Below are positions 24,593 to 39,200 of a stretch of DNA of 64,000 nucleotides, one piece after another (within the stretch, counting starts at the first letter, position 1; every line of letters begins with the position of its first letter). Where the stretch lies: NCBI GenBank assembly GCA_964016885.1, contig OZ024743.1:128216001-128280000 (forward strand). Reading direction: 5' to 3'. Under the pieces are notes generated by a model, which made no database searches, had not been told where the DNA came from, and worked only from the letters and a program-made list of their open reading frames with translations. A program made the position numbers and the translations under genes. The stretch comes from Eledone cirrhosa (taxonomy: Eukaryota).

Positions 24593-24657
24593 TTTATTAT
24601 GCGCATTTCAAAAACAAACATCATCAAACAATAATATTTGTGTTTTCATCAGATAAA
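24593..24657 (-). ncRNA. Minimal type I hammerhead ribozyme
   Basis: On -: tttat-CTGATGA-[stem II of about 16 bp]-GAAAT-gcgc-ATA-ataaa; palindromic stem III. Confidence 0.65.
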
Positions 24658-24782
24658 GCAGGAGAACATGATATGAAGGCTAAAAAACACTTGTTGATAG
24701 TGCAGTTTTAAGTCAACATATTGATATCTGATATTATCCGATATCTGCATTGCTTTATTGTACTACAATAAAACTCACCTCC

Positions 24783-24835
<53 letters not shown>

Positions 24836-25109
24836 ATAATAATATTATTTATACTAATATATACACTATATATAATTATAAACAGGAAATATATATATAT
24901 ATGTGTATATATATATATATGTATATATATGTGCATATATATATGTATATGTATGTGTATATAGTAATAATAAATGTGAAGACTAAAATCTGAAGAGGGC
25001 TCGATAAGGATTATATATATATCATCATCATCATCCACATCATCATTTTATGTCCACTTTTCCCTGCTTGCAAGGAATATATATATATAAATATAAAAAC
25101 CCATATACC

Positions 25110-25256
25110 AAATATTTATTATAAGAACAGATTAAAGTTTAAGCAAAGAATTACTGCTTTCACCCGTAACAGGATCTTCTGAGTTTCAGAAGATCCCGTT
25201 AAGGGTGAAACAGCGATTCTTTGCTTAAATTTTAATCTGTTTTTATAATAAATATA
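25110..25256. repeat. Fold-back palindrome; related copy at 47813-47999
   Basis: aacagattaaagtttaagcaaag pairs with cttgcttaaattttaatctgtt. Confidence 0.75.
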
Positions 25257-25258
25257 TG

Positions 25259-25303
<45 letters not shown>

Positions 25304-26194
25304 TCATATATATATATATATGTATGTATTCATGTATGTATATATATATGTGTGTATATACATATACAGACATATATATATATATATAAACATACATACA
25401 TATATACACATATATAAATGCATATATACATCAGTTCCCATATGAGCAAGACAAGGTGAGCCGACTGGACACTGCCCACAACAGAACAACCCGTCTAACC
25501 CATGCTAGTGTGAAAGAACGGATGTGAAACGGTGATGATGATGATGATGATGATATATATATATATATATATATACTCATACACACTCACATATATATAC
25601 ATGCATACATACATATATTTGCGTATAGGTTAAACCACCACTTTACAATTTACCAGATGTAAAAATTGAGATTTTGTAGATCAAATACATAAGTTGGATT
25701 GTTTTTTTTTTTAATGTCATATACTCGGGGTGGGGGGGACATGCAATTTGTATGTGTACATACGTTATGTACATTTATATATATAATGTAATTATACACA
25801 CACACGTACACACACATATACAGACACAGATATATATAGATATATATATCATCATCGTTTAACGTCCATCTTCCACGCTAGCATCGATATATATATATAT
25901 ATCATCATCATCATCATTTCATTTTACGTCCGCTTTTTCCCTGCTTGCAAGGGTGGGACGGGAACTGATGCTGGCTTGATTTCTACAGCTGGATGCCCTT
26001 CCTAACACCAACCTCATTTACAGTGAGTGCTGGGTGCTTTTTTTCCGTGCCACCTACACGTCCACTTTACAGTGGAATGATAGGGAACCCAGTCCTATCA
26101 TCTCATTTCTACAGCTGAGCAAACTGGAGCAATGTGAAAGGAAACAACACATCACCCGATCTCTCTCTCTCTCTCCATATATATATATATGTTT

Positions 26195-26324
26195 ATAGGA
26201 ACGAGTAGGACCCCGACGGCTGAGCTCAAGCCGTTTCGACGGCTAATTCTGGACTAAAATTTTAGTCCAGAATTAGCCGTCGAAACGGCTTGAGCTCAGC
26301 CGTCGGGGTCCTACTCGTTCCTAT
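26195..26324. repeat. Perfect 130-bp palindrome with no spacer
   Basis: Centred on AAAA|TTTT at 26259/26260; each arm carries a hammerhead 3' half, GAAAC-ggct..agcc-GTC. Confidence 0.9.
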
Positions 26325-26476
26325 TACCCACTCTACTACCCTAAGTATTGAGTACTTTGGTGCGTTATGGTCCACCTGGTTCCTTACCACATTTCCTCCA
26401 TTATATATTCGTATATATATATATGTCCCACCCTTGCAAGCAGAGAAAAGCGGACATAAGATGATGATGATGATGA

Positions 26477-26545
<69 letters not shown>

Positions 26546-26558
26546 TATACATATATGG

Positions 26559-26589
<31 letters not shown>

Positions 26590-27101
26590 CCATATATACT
26601 TGGGTATAAATCACACCTCTATTTTACATTCAATATTTAAAATGTACCACATATTTTCAATTGAGGTTTTGTAGGTCTAGTAGATAAGTCACATGCTGGT
26701 TTTTCTTGTCGGTTTGCATAGGAAAGGGTATGACTTATGCATGAGTATATATGAAATATATATATATATATATATAAAACAATAGACTTAGTCTATAATA
26801 TATACAAGTTGTATCCCCAAACCAAAGAGTAAATAAAGATTCTGTTTTATAGAACCCTCAATGAAGTAAACATTTCAATATATACAATGATGACTTTTTT
26901 CTTTCATTGTTTCTTTGAAATTCTTCAGGAAAACAAATCTCTGGTATTTTCGTGTTCTTTAAAAACAATAAAATGTTTCTTCATAGTCCTGAGGAATTAG
27001 TTCAGATGAAAAATGAAAGTCGAATCAAGAAGAATTTATAAAAACTGGAATATTTTCTCAGTATCTCTAGTAAAACGATTTATTTTGTGATGATGTGACT
27101 G

Positions 27102-27293
27102 TCACAAATTCAATGTTTGTCTGTGGTTTTGTACAAGATGTGTAAGACCATTGAAGTCCACTCTGTAAGTCCTTTTGCCCCACTGAATTTGTTGGGGTTT
27201 TAAAAATGCTTCTATTACAATCACTAAAGTCATCAGTTCTCGACAAAGCCATGCCATTACAAACGTGAACTTTGAGAATGACAGTCCTGTCCG
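27102..27293 (-). CDS. UGCG: UGCG-like last coding exon
   Basis: RTGLSFSKFTFVMAWLCRE...IQWGKRTYRVDFNG...LNL*; AATAAA on - at 27079-27084. Confidence 0.93.
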   Translation of the reverse strand, partial: RTGLSFSKFTFVMAWLCRELMTLVIVIEAFLKPQQIQWGKRTYRVDFNGLTHLVQNHRQTLNL

Positions 27294-30200
27294 CTAAAAA
27301 ACAAATACATTATGCAGATATTAGAAAAATTTGGCAAATATTTTTTGACAGTTAAATTAAATTAAAAGTTCTGAAAATATTTCTTTGGACATAATTTACT
27401 GAAGTGTAAAACTAAAACAATCTATTACTTTATCTAAATTATATTTATAAAGTAAAGTGACATACATACATAATGGGTGTAAACTGAAATATCACTGTGA
27501 TGAAATATGATAGAAAAATAGCAGGTGTTTTCCTTTATATTTTTGTATATATTTCCATGCTTATCTTTGAAAAATAATATATCATTCATTTTGTCTACTA
27601 GCAAGGGTTAGGAATGTTGTCACAGACTGTGTGTATTTTATCATAGCACCAACACTAGGGAAGATGTCATGTTCTTGGTATATCTGAAGAATCTTCTAGA
27701 CCTGTTGTTTTCTAAAGCTGGATGCCTTTCCTATCACCATCCCCTTTCCAGAGTGTACTGAGTGCATTTATCATGAAGATCACCAACATTAGAGAAGCTC
27801 TTACTGTTTCTGGGAATTCACCACATTTAAACCCTATGTTGTTTGCTGAGATCTCACTCCATCTTTTGTGTACTTTTAGTTTGCATTTTAGATATAGGAA
27901 GGAATTTCTACCCAATCCTTTCCTGCACACTGAGAAAGGCCATTTCCCTGAAGGGATCAGGTCCTGTTTTCCTTTCTACTTGCTAGGACTTTAATCTTTG
28001 CCAAGTTGACTTTAAGACCTTTTGCTTCCAGGTCAGGAATTTCTACTCTGATTCTGCCATAGATTCAGCTATGAGGGTTAGATCATCAATATATAGGTGT
28101 TCTCATAGGTAGCCAGTCTTAAATTCTTCTGTTATAGCCTGCAGGACAATAATAAAGAGAAGAAGGCCAAGAACAGAGCCCTGACATAGATATGCAATTA
28201 CCTATTGCTAGCAGTATCTGCTACACACCTATATCCCTTGTAGCAGAGTGTACTAAGTGGATTTTATCATGGTACCAGCATGAGTAAGGTCATCAGTCAT
28301 TAACTCGATTGAAGAGCCTTCTAGACTCTAGACAAAGTGATGTTTTGTGCCAAAACAAATGAATTGAAGGATAAGAATAAGAGATTAAGATGGATGTTGT
28401 AAGATTTGATAGAGGGATATACAGGAGAAGAAAAGTGTGTGTATAATGTAGGGGAGTATGGAGGGTGCAGTGATGTTGAGAATAGTTATTAAAGAGGAAT
28501 AGTAAAGGGTTTGAGTATGAATGGGGTAAAAGTCACATCCACTACATTGTTGAGGAATAGAGGATTTGCTAGATTGGAGGACAATGCTCACCTGGATATA
28601 TTTTAATTAAAATATAATGAATGCTTGCCTGTATGTGTTTAATATTAATATATAATGAATGCTTGCCTGTATGTGTTTATAATTAAAATAGAATGAATGC
28701 TCACCTGTATATTTTTTAATTGTAAATAATCTATAATCAGCCATCCTAAGATGTGGAATGAAAATATATAATAAGGGTTAAAACCAAGAAAGTGATGGAT
28801 GCTCCACGATCCATATAGTCCCAGAGGTAGACATTCAGTTAAAGGTTCAATAATTATGGTAACAAAAGGAACCATGCTGAACCGTAATCGCAGCCATCTG
28901 GAATTACATGAAGAATACAAGTAAAAAAATAATCAAATTATTGGAATTTATTCAAAGACGTTTTCAACTCTTTTGTTACCATATTTCTAATACAAGACTG
29001 CTTATAATTTTCAAATAATTTTGATTATAATTTCATGATTAACTTGGTGTTTGAAACATAATTTAAATGTTCTTAAATTATGATGGAAGACTTTTAGAGA
29101 AATATAAACATTTGCAAACAAAAGTTTTCTGTTATAAAACCAGGGATGGTTTCAGATATCAACATGTTTAAACTTATAAAAGCAGTTACCACCGTTGTCC
29201 CAAGTTCCTTCACCCACTTATTCCTGACAGGATCATGGGAGCAGAGTCCTCAAACACCCCTTCTAGTAGGCCCTGTCAGAAGCAACCATCTCCAAGTGAG
29301 GCCAGCCAAGCTCATGGATGTTATCCTACCATCTAGCTCGGGGATCTACCTTAGGGTATCCTGTTGGTTGGTTTTGCCCATAAAATCTGTCCAGCGATTC
29401 TTTCATGAGACATTCTAACCACAGGCTCGTAATATCAGAGTTGTGATCTTTCAATTCAGAAAAGTAATAGCTTTACCTGGAGCACTCTCCGATCTCTGAG
29501 CTATGCACTCTATTGAGTAACATTACTACAAAGACCCTTCAGAGGAACTCTATTTTGGCTCCTTGTATTCGTGATCATATTCTTTCGGTCATTACTCAAG
29601 ATTCATGACCATAGGTAAGGGTTGACAAAATACCAAATTAAAGATAGCAAGTTTGGCTTTTATACCTACTTCCTTTCTTATGATTACTGAATGCTGAAGC
29701 TGGTGCATTACTGCATCAACTTTTGCAATTCTTGCACTTAATTCACGGGCCTGAGATACTTGGAATTCCCTACCTGCTTCAGTGGAATTCCATTTACATG
29801 TAGAGTTCACTGTGCAGGCTTCCTTGAGAGGACAAGTGTCTCAGTCTCACAGCAGTGATTTTCATTCCATCCATGCAGCACTCGGCATCAAGCCTATCAA
29901 GTGCATGTCGGAGATCATTGTCTGATGAGTTAAGTAACACCATTTTGTCTGTAAATTCCAGCCAATTGATTCTACATCTGTCACTCATGATACCACTTAT
30001 AACCTGGTTGTGCATATCAATCTTGTTCATGAAAATAATGAACAGGAAAGGAGGCAGTATGCACCCTTAGTGGAGTCCAACTCCCACATTGAATGATTTC
30101 AATTGAGCACCATTTATCTGAACACAAATACTCGAGCGTTTGTATAGAGATATCAGGGCAACAAGCTGACCATCAACCCCATACTCCTGCAGAACCTTCC

Positions 30201-33200
30201 AGGGCAGATCCCATGGAACATAGTCATATGCCTTTTTGGGGTTTACAAAGCAAAAATACATCTATTTGCAATACTCCCATGATTTCTCAAAGAACTGCGA
30301 CAGTATGAATATTCGGTTCTCTGTGCTGCATCCAGGGCAAAATCCACACAGTCCATCAGCTAGCTTGGACTTAACAATCTCTCTGCATGTCTTTGTCAGA
30401 CACTTAGCACAAATTTTATCAGGAAAGCTTAACAAGGAGATCCCTCTATAATTGGAGCAATCACTCTTGTCTCCCTTTTTGAAAATTGGGATTATCACTC
30501 CCAATTGTCATTGCTTAGGTGCCTTTCCAGGTCACCCAGCCCACACAAGTCAGCCAGAGAATGCCTTCTCTATTTAAGACTTTTAACAATATTTAGCAAC
30601 AAAGGTAAATGGTGAGTCCTTATAACCTTACCTGACCATTCTGTCTTTGTAATTCGCCATTGAGAGTAAACCAACATTTTGCTGAGCAGGGAATGCTGAA
30701 ATTACCAAGCTGTACCCACTGCAATAATATAAAATACATAAATTATTTTATTTTATTGCCAATAATCTGATTTATCTGCAATAATCTTGATTAAGATGTC
30801 TTTGAGAATTGATCTACAATAATTTAGGTTAAAATATCTTTGAGAATTGATCTGGACTTTTGACTTGTAGAGAATTTACTTTGTTTTACATTATTTATTT
30901 ATATTGATTTCTGTTTTACAGTATTAATTATATCAATATTGATATCTAACATAGACACAAGGCCTGTGATTTAGGGAACATGTACAGTCAATTATATCAA
31001 TCCCAGTATTTGACTGGTATTTATTTTATCCATGCTAGAAAGGATAAAGGTAACAATTGACCTCAGTAGCATATGGACTTAGAATGCAAAAGTATGTAAC
31101 TAAATACCACAAGTCATTTTGTCCATCAATGTACCAATTCTGTCAATTGTCCACATAGTATAAACAACACAAGTATTTTAAGTCTATTTTCCCTGCTATA
31201 TCAGGGGTTAGACTCGTGGGCCCCATGACAGACTTATCATAACATCATTTTGAGGTAATGTTTTTCAGTCAGATGAACTTAGTAGTGCTAATCTTATTAG
31301 TTGCCTCTTAAAACATAGTTTACCTATTCTAAACCAGGTACATATAGATAAATATTAATAGAAAGCAAAATGTATTTTACCGATCTCGTATGGCTCTTCC
31401 TAAGTAGTAGTCTTCAGCCAGGTACCGACCATACCAAGACAGGCCTTTTACCTCATCAAGAGCAGCTTTTTTTAAAAGGTAGGACATACCAACAAAACAA
31501 TTAAAACCTAGATAATTTAAAGCTAGGAAGTATCGTGGTACAACACAGCCAAAGTACACCTGAAATGAAGGAAAACAAAATAGAGAAGACATTTACTGTA
31601 AGAAGTCATAGGCACACATAAGGGCTTGTGATTACGCAGTTGAGTTAGGAACCACATTGTTTTATGTTCAGTCTCACTGCATGGCATCTTGGGCAAGTAG
31701 CTTCTACTATAGTTCCATGTTGACCAATGCCTTGTGAGTGAATTTGTTAGACGGAAACTCTAAAGAAGCCCATCGTATATGTATGTGCTTGTGCGTGTGT
31801 ACACACACACACACACAAACACATGCTTGTGCAAAACTAGTAATAATCCCAGGTAAAATGTAAAATGTAGACCCCCATTTCAAGCTGATTGTTATATGTT
31901 TTAATAACCAGTGCTAAATACATATAGCTTATGATAGGTTACTGGTAGATATTCATGTAGTGTACATGACATACAGACATACACACAAATAAAAAATAAT
32001 AATAAAAGAATTAGAACTTGAGTCAAGTAAGCCTCCTTAGGGTCACTGGCCTGCCTACATCTTAGTATCAAACCACCTTAAACTGCCCATTTCGATGATA
32101 CTAAGTCTTTTATTTTATAGTGCTAATATTTATCTAAAAAACCTTCCATTATAATTTTATGTAAGAACCTTTTCCGAACACCAGTTTAATAAGGAAAAGG
32201 TAGTTACAGTAACAAAAGTATCAAAAACTTCTGTTGAAAATTACAAAATGAGACATAAATATGTTTATTACCTTTTCTACAGCTGCTGCAAAGCCTGATT
32301 GGTCAGTTGTAAATGGCATTTGATGAACAAGGCCAACATTGGGTTTCAGCATTTTACCAACCATATCATAAAGAATATCTGAATTTGCTAAAGACAAACA
32401 GAAAAATAAAAATATAGTTAAAGAATAAAGAAATGTGTTTTTAAGTGTTTTAGTTAAAATTATATGATACTATATATAGGATTCCTTTCTTTCCTTGGAA
32501 GGCCTGGTAAGGGTCATAAGCACTGCTGACTAAACAATAAAAAAAGATATTCACAAATATTTGAACAGACACAACAATCCTAAAATATCAGAGCATCATT
32601 GTCATCATCAACATTCCATACTGACATTGGTTGGATGGGCTGACATGGTTCATGACCAGATGGGTAACAGCAACCAATCTTGTGCATTAGGTTCCATATT
32701 TAGCATGGTTTCTATGGTTGGATGCCCTTCTTAATGACAACCACTTTACGGGCTGTAATAGATGCTTTTTGTGGCACCACTTTACAGAGTGGAGGATGCA
32801 TGTTATTGTAGCACCAACACTCACACTGGGTGCATTTACCATGGTACCAACACTAACTCTTTACAGGGTGTGCTACATAATTTTATCATGGTACCAACAC
32901 TTTACTGTGTACAGAAGAATGAAAACAGAATCTAAGAGAATAAATAAAATACAAACCTTTGATCCGGCTTGTGCTGACCCAAATGTAACCATATTTTGCA
33001 GCCTTATAAGCAGGAGACATATTTTTCACAAGTGGGTTTACAATTCCATTATTACCACCTAGAATTAAATAAAATACCAGTAAAGTACTGGGGTTGACAT
33101 AATTGACTTTCTCTCCGCTACATATTACTGGCCTTGTGACTAAATTAGAAATTATGATTACCACCTAGAATTTTATTATCAGGAAAGGAAACAGTTACAA

Positions 33201-36200
33201 TATTTCATCAGTTAATAGGATTAAATCAACTTTTGTCAGTTTTATCAATGAGTATTTCAGTTGTTGAATCAATGAAACAGCCTGCTCATGAAATTAATGT
33301 GACAGAGCTTTCAACAGACACTTGTACCTTAATGTAATTTTCAAAGAGTGTGTAGTAGATGACACTTACTGAAGATGCCATGCAGTGAGATTGAACCTGG
33401 GATCTAATGATTACAAAGCAAACTTTTTAACCATGCTGTGTCCACATATATTTTATATTAGTTTTCTAATGCTTCATCTTTAGCATATCTCAGTGTTGGG
33501 AATTTTTTTCTTTTGAACTTATCTTCAAGTTCTAAGATGGCTGTATAAGGCTATGTGGAGGCAGTTTAGCTGGCTGACTGGTTAAAAAGTTTGTCACAAT
33601 CATAAGGTCCTGGGTTTGAACCTACTATATGGCATTTATAAATCTGGAATGGATAAAAAGCAAAGCTGACTTCGGTCGAATTTTAGCCCAGAAGACTGAG
33701 AACTGGACTGACTATACCAAAGGATTTAATCCAATGCTCTAATGACCCTGCCAATTTGCTGCCTTGGTTGTGGTGGTGGTGTTGATGGCGATGAAGGTTA
33801 ATAATGTTCATGATGATGACATGACAATGATGATATACAAAGAAATTATTTACCTATAAAAAGGTGTGAGTCAACTTTGGGGTATTTTGTCTGCAGTCGC
33901 CTTACTAAAGCAATAGCTGGATCTTGATCATCTTGCACACAAAACAGAAGCTCAATCTGAAATTATAGAATTATTTACATTTAATAAACCATAATGTTTT
34001 ACAATAAAATAACAGGATTTTAATAGTGGTATTATAAAGAGTATCCTTAGTGTTAGGAAGATCATCTTTGTTATTAAGAAGATGTTAGGATTTGATTATT
34101 CTGCACTTCTTTATTCAGCTGTAATTCTCAGTATGTATCAGATGTTCATACCAATGCAATCTTCTCCTTCATACACTGCATTTAATCCCTCTTATGCTCA
34201 GTTATTCTCTCAGTTCATTAATGCTTCATCATTACTTTTACACATACAGTGGAACATGTTCGCCTCACTTCACTCCAATCTTCACAAATCCTTTACATTT
34301 AAAGCCCAAGTCTCATTCATGCACACGCACAAACACAAAACTTAAATAAAATAAAGCTTATTGCTTTATAAATTTCATAGCTCATAAAATTAAATGTCAT
34401 CGCAGACTTAACCAATTTGTTATATGGTCTGAATACAAAACATTTATAGCAAACAAATTAGTGAGGATATAGAAAAGGAAGACCATGGTAAATATAGGAA
34501 GAAGTAATGATGGGTGATCTCAAAAGGCTACATCCTTTGAAGATGACAATGGACTTCAACAAGTCTTGAAACGCTGTGTTGGAAAAGACCTATCCAGCCC
34601 ACCAATCCATAGATAATCTGCATGACATTGATGGAACACGTGTGCATTTTTTAGTAGTCATCTTAATGTCTATCTGCTTACCTGTAGATGTTTTTGTACA
34701 CAAGCCAAGCATACGGCACAGACATTTATTAAGAAAGGAGTCAATTTTCCCTAAGTCTTTTATGAAACAAAATGGCTGTAGTACATGAGTTGCACTCAAG
34801 TAGTTTTGAGACTTTTTTCTTTTCAGGCACTTTTAATTGACCTATGTAACTGTCACTCTCATAAATCCTTAATATGGTTATAATAAGCTAACATACCAAA
34901 TAGTTTTTTTTTCCAGGTTGAAGGTTTAGGCTGCTATAGCACTTTAAACACTATCCATCATACACATCTTGTTACACAGATGACTGGTTCCACAATGCAA
35001 TCAGGACATGAGGAAAACTTGGCGGTTCAATATGCAAGCTTGTCAAGCTTGGCAAAACCACTGCAGAAACCTATGAAATGGTTAAAACTGCTTACAAACT
35101 AACTTTCATGAGCTGGGCGACTGTTTTCTGCTGGCACAAGAGGTTCCAGGAGGGCAGGGAGTAGGTGAGAGACGACAAAAGGTGTGGCAGTGAGAGAGAC
35201 ATCACAAGACCAAAGTTAGCTGCCAAAATTCGAAAATTTCTGGATGAGGACTGTCGTGCTTCTCTTCTGACGATTGCTTAACATTTTAAAGTGGCTGAGG
35301 GCACTATGCATGGAGTCATTTATGACAATCTGAACATGTACCAAGTTTTTTCCCAGGGTGCTCAATGAAGATCAAAGGCAAGGGCACACTGATGACAGCA
35401 GGGAGATAGTCGAGTGCACTGCTTTGAATTTAAGTGTCCTTGAGTCTCTGGTAACCTGAGACAAGAGCTGCATCTACTATTATGATCTAGAAACCAAGAG
35501 ACAGAGTGCCCAGTGGAAACATTCTGACTCCCCAAGACTCAAGAAGCCAGGCAAAACAGGTTCACTGGGAAGCTTATGATGATCCTATTCTTTGACAGCA
35601 AGGGCCACATCTACATCTACTGGGTCCCCCACGGCCAGATAGTCAACAAAGAGTACTATGTAGAGGTTTTGAGGCAGTTCAGAAAGAGATTTCATTGCAA
35701 GTGACCAGAACTCTTCAAGTCTGATCAGTGGAACCGGCACCAGGACAATGCCCCCTGCCACAAACTACTTGGCCAATATGGGGATCAAGACTGTCTCTCA
35801 TCCTCCTTACAGTTCAGACTTAGCCATATGTAACTTCTGGATGTTCCCAAAGCTGAAGGAGAAGCTTGGAGGTATCCGCTTTGAGGATGTGAAGGATATG
35901 GAGGAGATGAAGGAGGCTAAAACAAAGGGACCTTTCACAAGTGGCTAGAGTGCTACAACAAGTGAATTGAAGTTGGATGATCCTATTTGAGGGAGACTAG
36001 AGTTTTATGTTGATCTGAGTTAAATAAATCTCCCTCTAATAAAAAATCTCAAAACATCTTGAGTGTACCTCGAATGTTTGTCTTTTTATATTATTATCCT
36101 ACATTAAACAAAGCTGACCGAGTAGCCAAGGCAATCAAATACCTAAGACACCTTGGCTTTTAAAGATACCAACATACAGACAGAATTAAATGAGTGTAAA

Positions 36201-39200
36201 CAATTGACAGATAAATTAGGGTTATGTTAGAAGAAAGGAAATAAGTTAACGAGCTCGCTCTACTATATACTTTGTTTTGAAATTTAGAAAATACATGTTA
36301 AAATGAATAAAAGAAATTGAAAAAATATCCATCCTTTCAACACTTCATTAAAATGTGGTACTGTTAAATACTTTTAAACAACGGAAAACAATATCATTTG
36401 AAGAACTAATACGGGTTGGTTATTTTAGAACATGTTCTGAATTAAGATAGAACAACAACAACAATAACCATCACTGCCGCCACCAACATAGTGAACATTT
36501 ACCACATGATTAATATTCTCTTTAAAAACAACCCTCAGAAAACTGGAATATAGTCACTTGACTTACACAAAATAGCTGCTGGATCTTTCTCCACAAATTC
36601 GCTATTGCCTTTAACTCTTTTGATACAAACACCATGCTCCATCTAAGCCATGCTAGGGTGGAAAATGGATGTTAAACGATGATGATGATGATGATATATA
36701 TATGGTGATGGTTGTGTTGTTGATGATGATGGTGGCGGTGGTTGTGTTGTTGTTGATGATGGAGGTGGTTGTGTTGTTGTTGATGATGGAGGTGGTTGTG
36801 TTGTTGTTGATGATGGTGATGGTTGTGTTGTTGATGATGATGGTGGCAGTGGTTGTGTTGTTGTTGATGATGGTGATGGTTGTGTTGTTGTTGATGATGG
36901 TGATGGTTGTGTTGTTGTTGATGATGGTGGCAGTGGTTGTGTTGTTGTTGATGATGGTGATGGTTGTGTTGTTGTTGATGATGGTGGCGGTGGTTGTGTT
37001 GTTGTTGATGATGGTGGCGGTGGTTGTGTTGTTGTTGATGGTGGCGGTGGTTGTGTTGTTGTTGATGGTGGCGGTGGTTGTGTTGTTGATGATGGTGGCG
37101 GTGGTTGTGTTGTTGATGATGGTGGCGGTGGTTGTGTTGTTGATGATGGTGGCGGTGGTTGTGTTGTTGATGATGGTGGCGGTGGTTGTGTTGTTGTTGA
37201 TGATGGTGATGGTTGTTGATAATGGTGATGGTTGTGTTGTTGTTGATGATGGTGGCAGTGGTTGTGTTGTTGTTGATGATGGTGGCGGTGGTTGTGTTGT
37301 TGTTGATGGTGGCGGTGGTTGTGTTGTTGATGATGGTGGCGGTGGTTGTGTTGTTGATGATGGTGGCGGTGGTTGTGTTGTTGTTGATGATGGCGGTGGT
37401 TGTGTTGTTGATGATGGTGGCGGTGGTTGTGTTGTTGTTGATGATGGTGATGGTTGTTGATAATGGTGATGGTTGTGTTGTTGTTGATGATGGTGGTGGT
37501 GGTGGTTGTGTTGTTGTTGATGATGGTGGCGGTGGTTGTGTTGTTGTTGATGATGGTGATGGTTGTGTTGTTGTTGATGATCGTAGCGGTGGTTGTGTTC
37601 TTGTTGATGATGGTGATGGTTGTGTTGTTGTTGATGATGGTGGTGGTGGTGGTTGTGTTGTTGTTGATGATGGTGATGGTTGTGTTGTTGATGATGATGG
37701 TGGCGGTGGTTGTGTTGTTGTTGCCATGAGTAACTAACTGCCATTCAGTTTATCTCCTTAACAGATTGCAGTTATATTTCAATGACATAACATCATATAA
37801 CATACTTGATGTTTCTTATTAAACACTTTGAACCCCTATTTTAATGTGCCATACACTCACAGTAGAACAGCAGATAGCACTAAAGACCATACACAGCTGT
37901 TATCGTTTCTAGATCATCATCAAACGTTTAGGTATTTAATTAGATTGAAAAGTGGTGTATATAATAGTGTTGAAAGAGTAAAGTAAGTGGTGGAGATTTA
38001 GGGAAAATGTTACTTTTATTGGTTACGTAGATACGTCTTTTTTTACAAAATTAAAACTATAAATGTGTATGCATGTGCATGTGGATATATCTGTGTGTGT
38101 GTGATTATTTATTTATGCATACACTGCATACACACATATATATATATATACAGGATGAGTCATAAGTAACCGGGCAACCCAACATTTATATTCCAAATGA
38201 TAATATTTACAAAAATTCTGGTCGTATAGTACGAATTTATAAATACATCAAACAAAAGTTGTTAAAATGATATAAGAAAATGCACAAAACATGGCTGATC
38301 ACACACAAATAAGTGGATGCTCAAAAAGTTATCTGTGAACCTTGCAATAAACATGCATTGATTGCTCTGTTATTTATGACTCACCCTGTATATTTTTTTT
38401 AATTTTATACAGGGCTGGGAAGGAAATAGCTATGACACAAGAATTATATAGTAGAATATTTAGAGAAGCAATGGACTGTGAGCAAGGTCAAAGAGAGGTG
38501 CTTAGGATGGCAAGGCAATTAGCAAGAGAAAGCTGTGATGTGACAGAGATGAAATGCTTGAAGGATGAAGTTGTAGAGTTGAATGAACTTAATTAAGGAA
38601 AGGTGGAAGAAATATATGGAGAAATTGTTAAATCTGGAGAATGGACGGGATGCCAACATAGCAGGCAATCAGCTCTTGGGCCAGCAGAATAGATAGCTGT
38701 TTAAGTTGAGGGAGCAATGAGAAAGATGAAGAATGGAAGGACAAGAGTGGTAGGAGATATGTTAAAGGCAGCGGGAAGTTGGGGCGTGAAAAGGATGAGA
38801 GAGATCTGTCAGTTGGTGGTGAAACAAGACCATATCCCAGTTGGTTGGAAGTTGAGTACTCTCATCCTTCTGTACAAGGGAAAAGGCATGTTTTTTTACT
38901 GTGGCTTGTATAGAGCAATTAAGGTATTGGAAAGAGTGATAGAGAAGAAGATAAGAAAAAAATGTAAAGGTTGATGAAATGTAGTTTGGATTTGTGCCAG
39001 GAAAAGGAATGACTGATGTATTTTTTATTGAGAAGAAGTGACATGAGGAAGAATTTGTTTTGGGGGTTTGTTGATCTGGAGAAATCTTTTGATAGAGTTT
39101 TACATGAAGTAATAACATAGTCATTGGGAGAGTTAGAAATGGAGGAATGGTTAGTTATGGTAGTGATGACAATGTAGGAGAAAGCAGAGTATATATATAC

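Noticed and set aside
36567-36642. Possible alternative UGCG exon (…FVEKDPAAIL|gtaagt on -)
   Set aside because: Only a DPA tripeptide resembles exon 3, the acceptor lacks a pyrimidine tract and it overlaps a SINE tail.
36653-37744. His/Gln-, Thr/Pro- or Val-rich ORFs of 263-363 aa
   Set aside because: Translations of a trinucleotide-based minisatellite that is open in many frames; no splice or promoter support.
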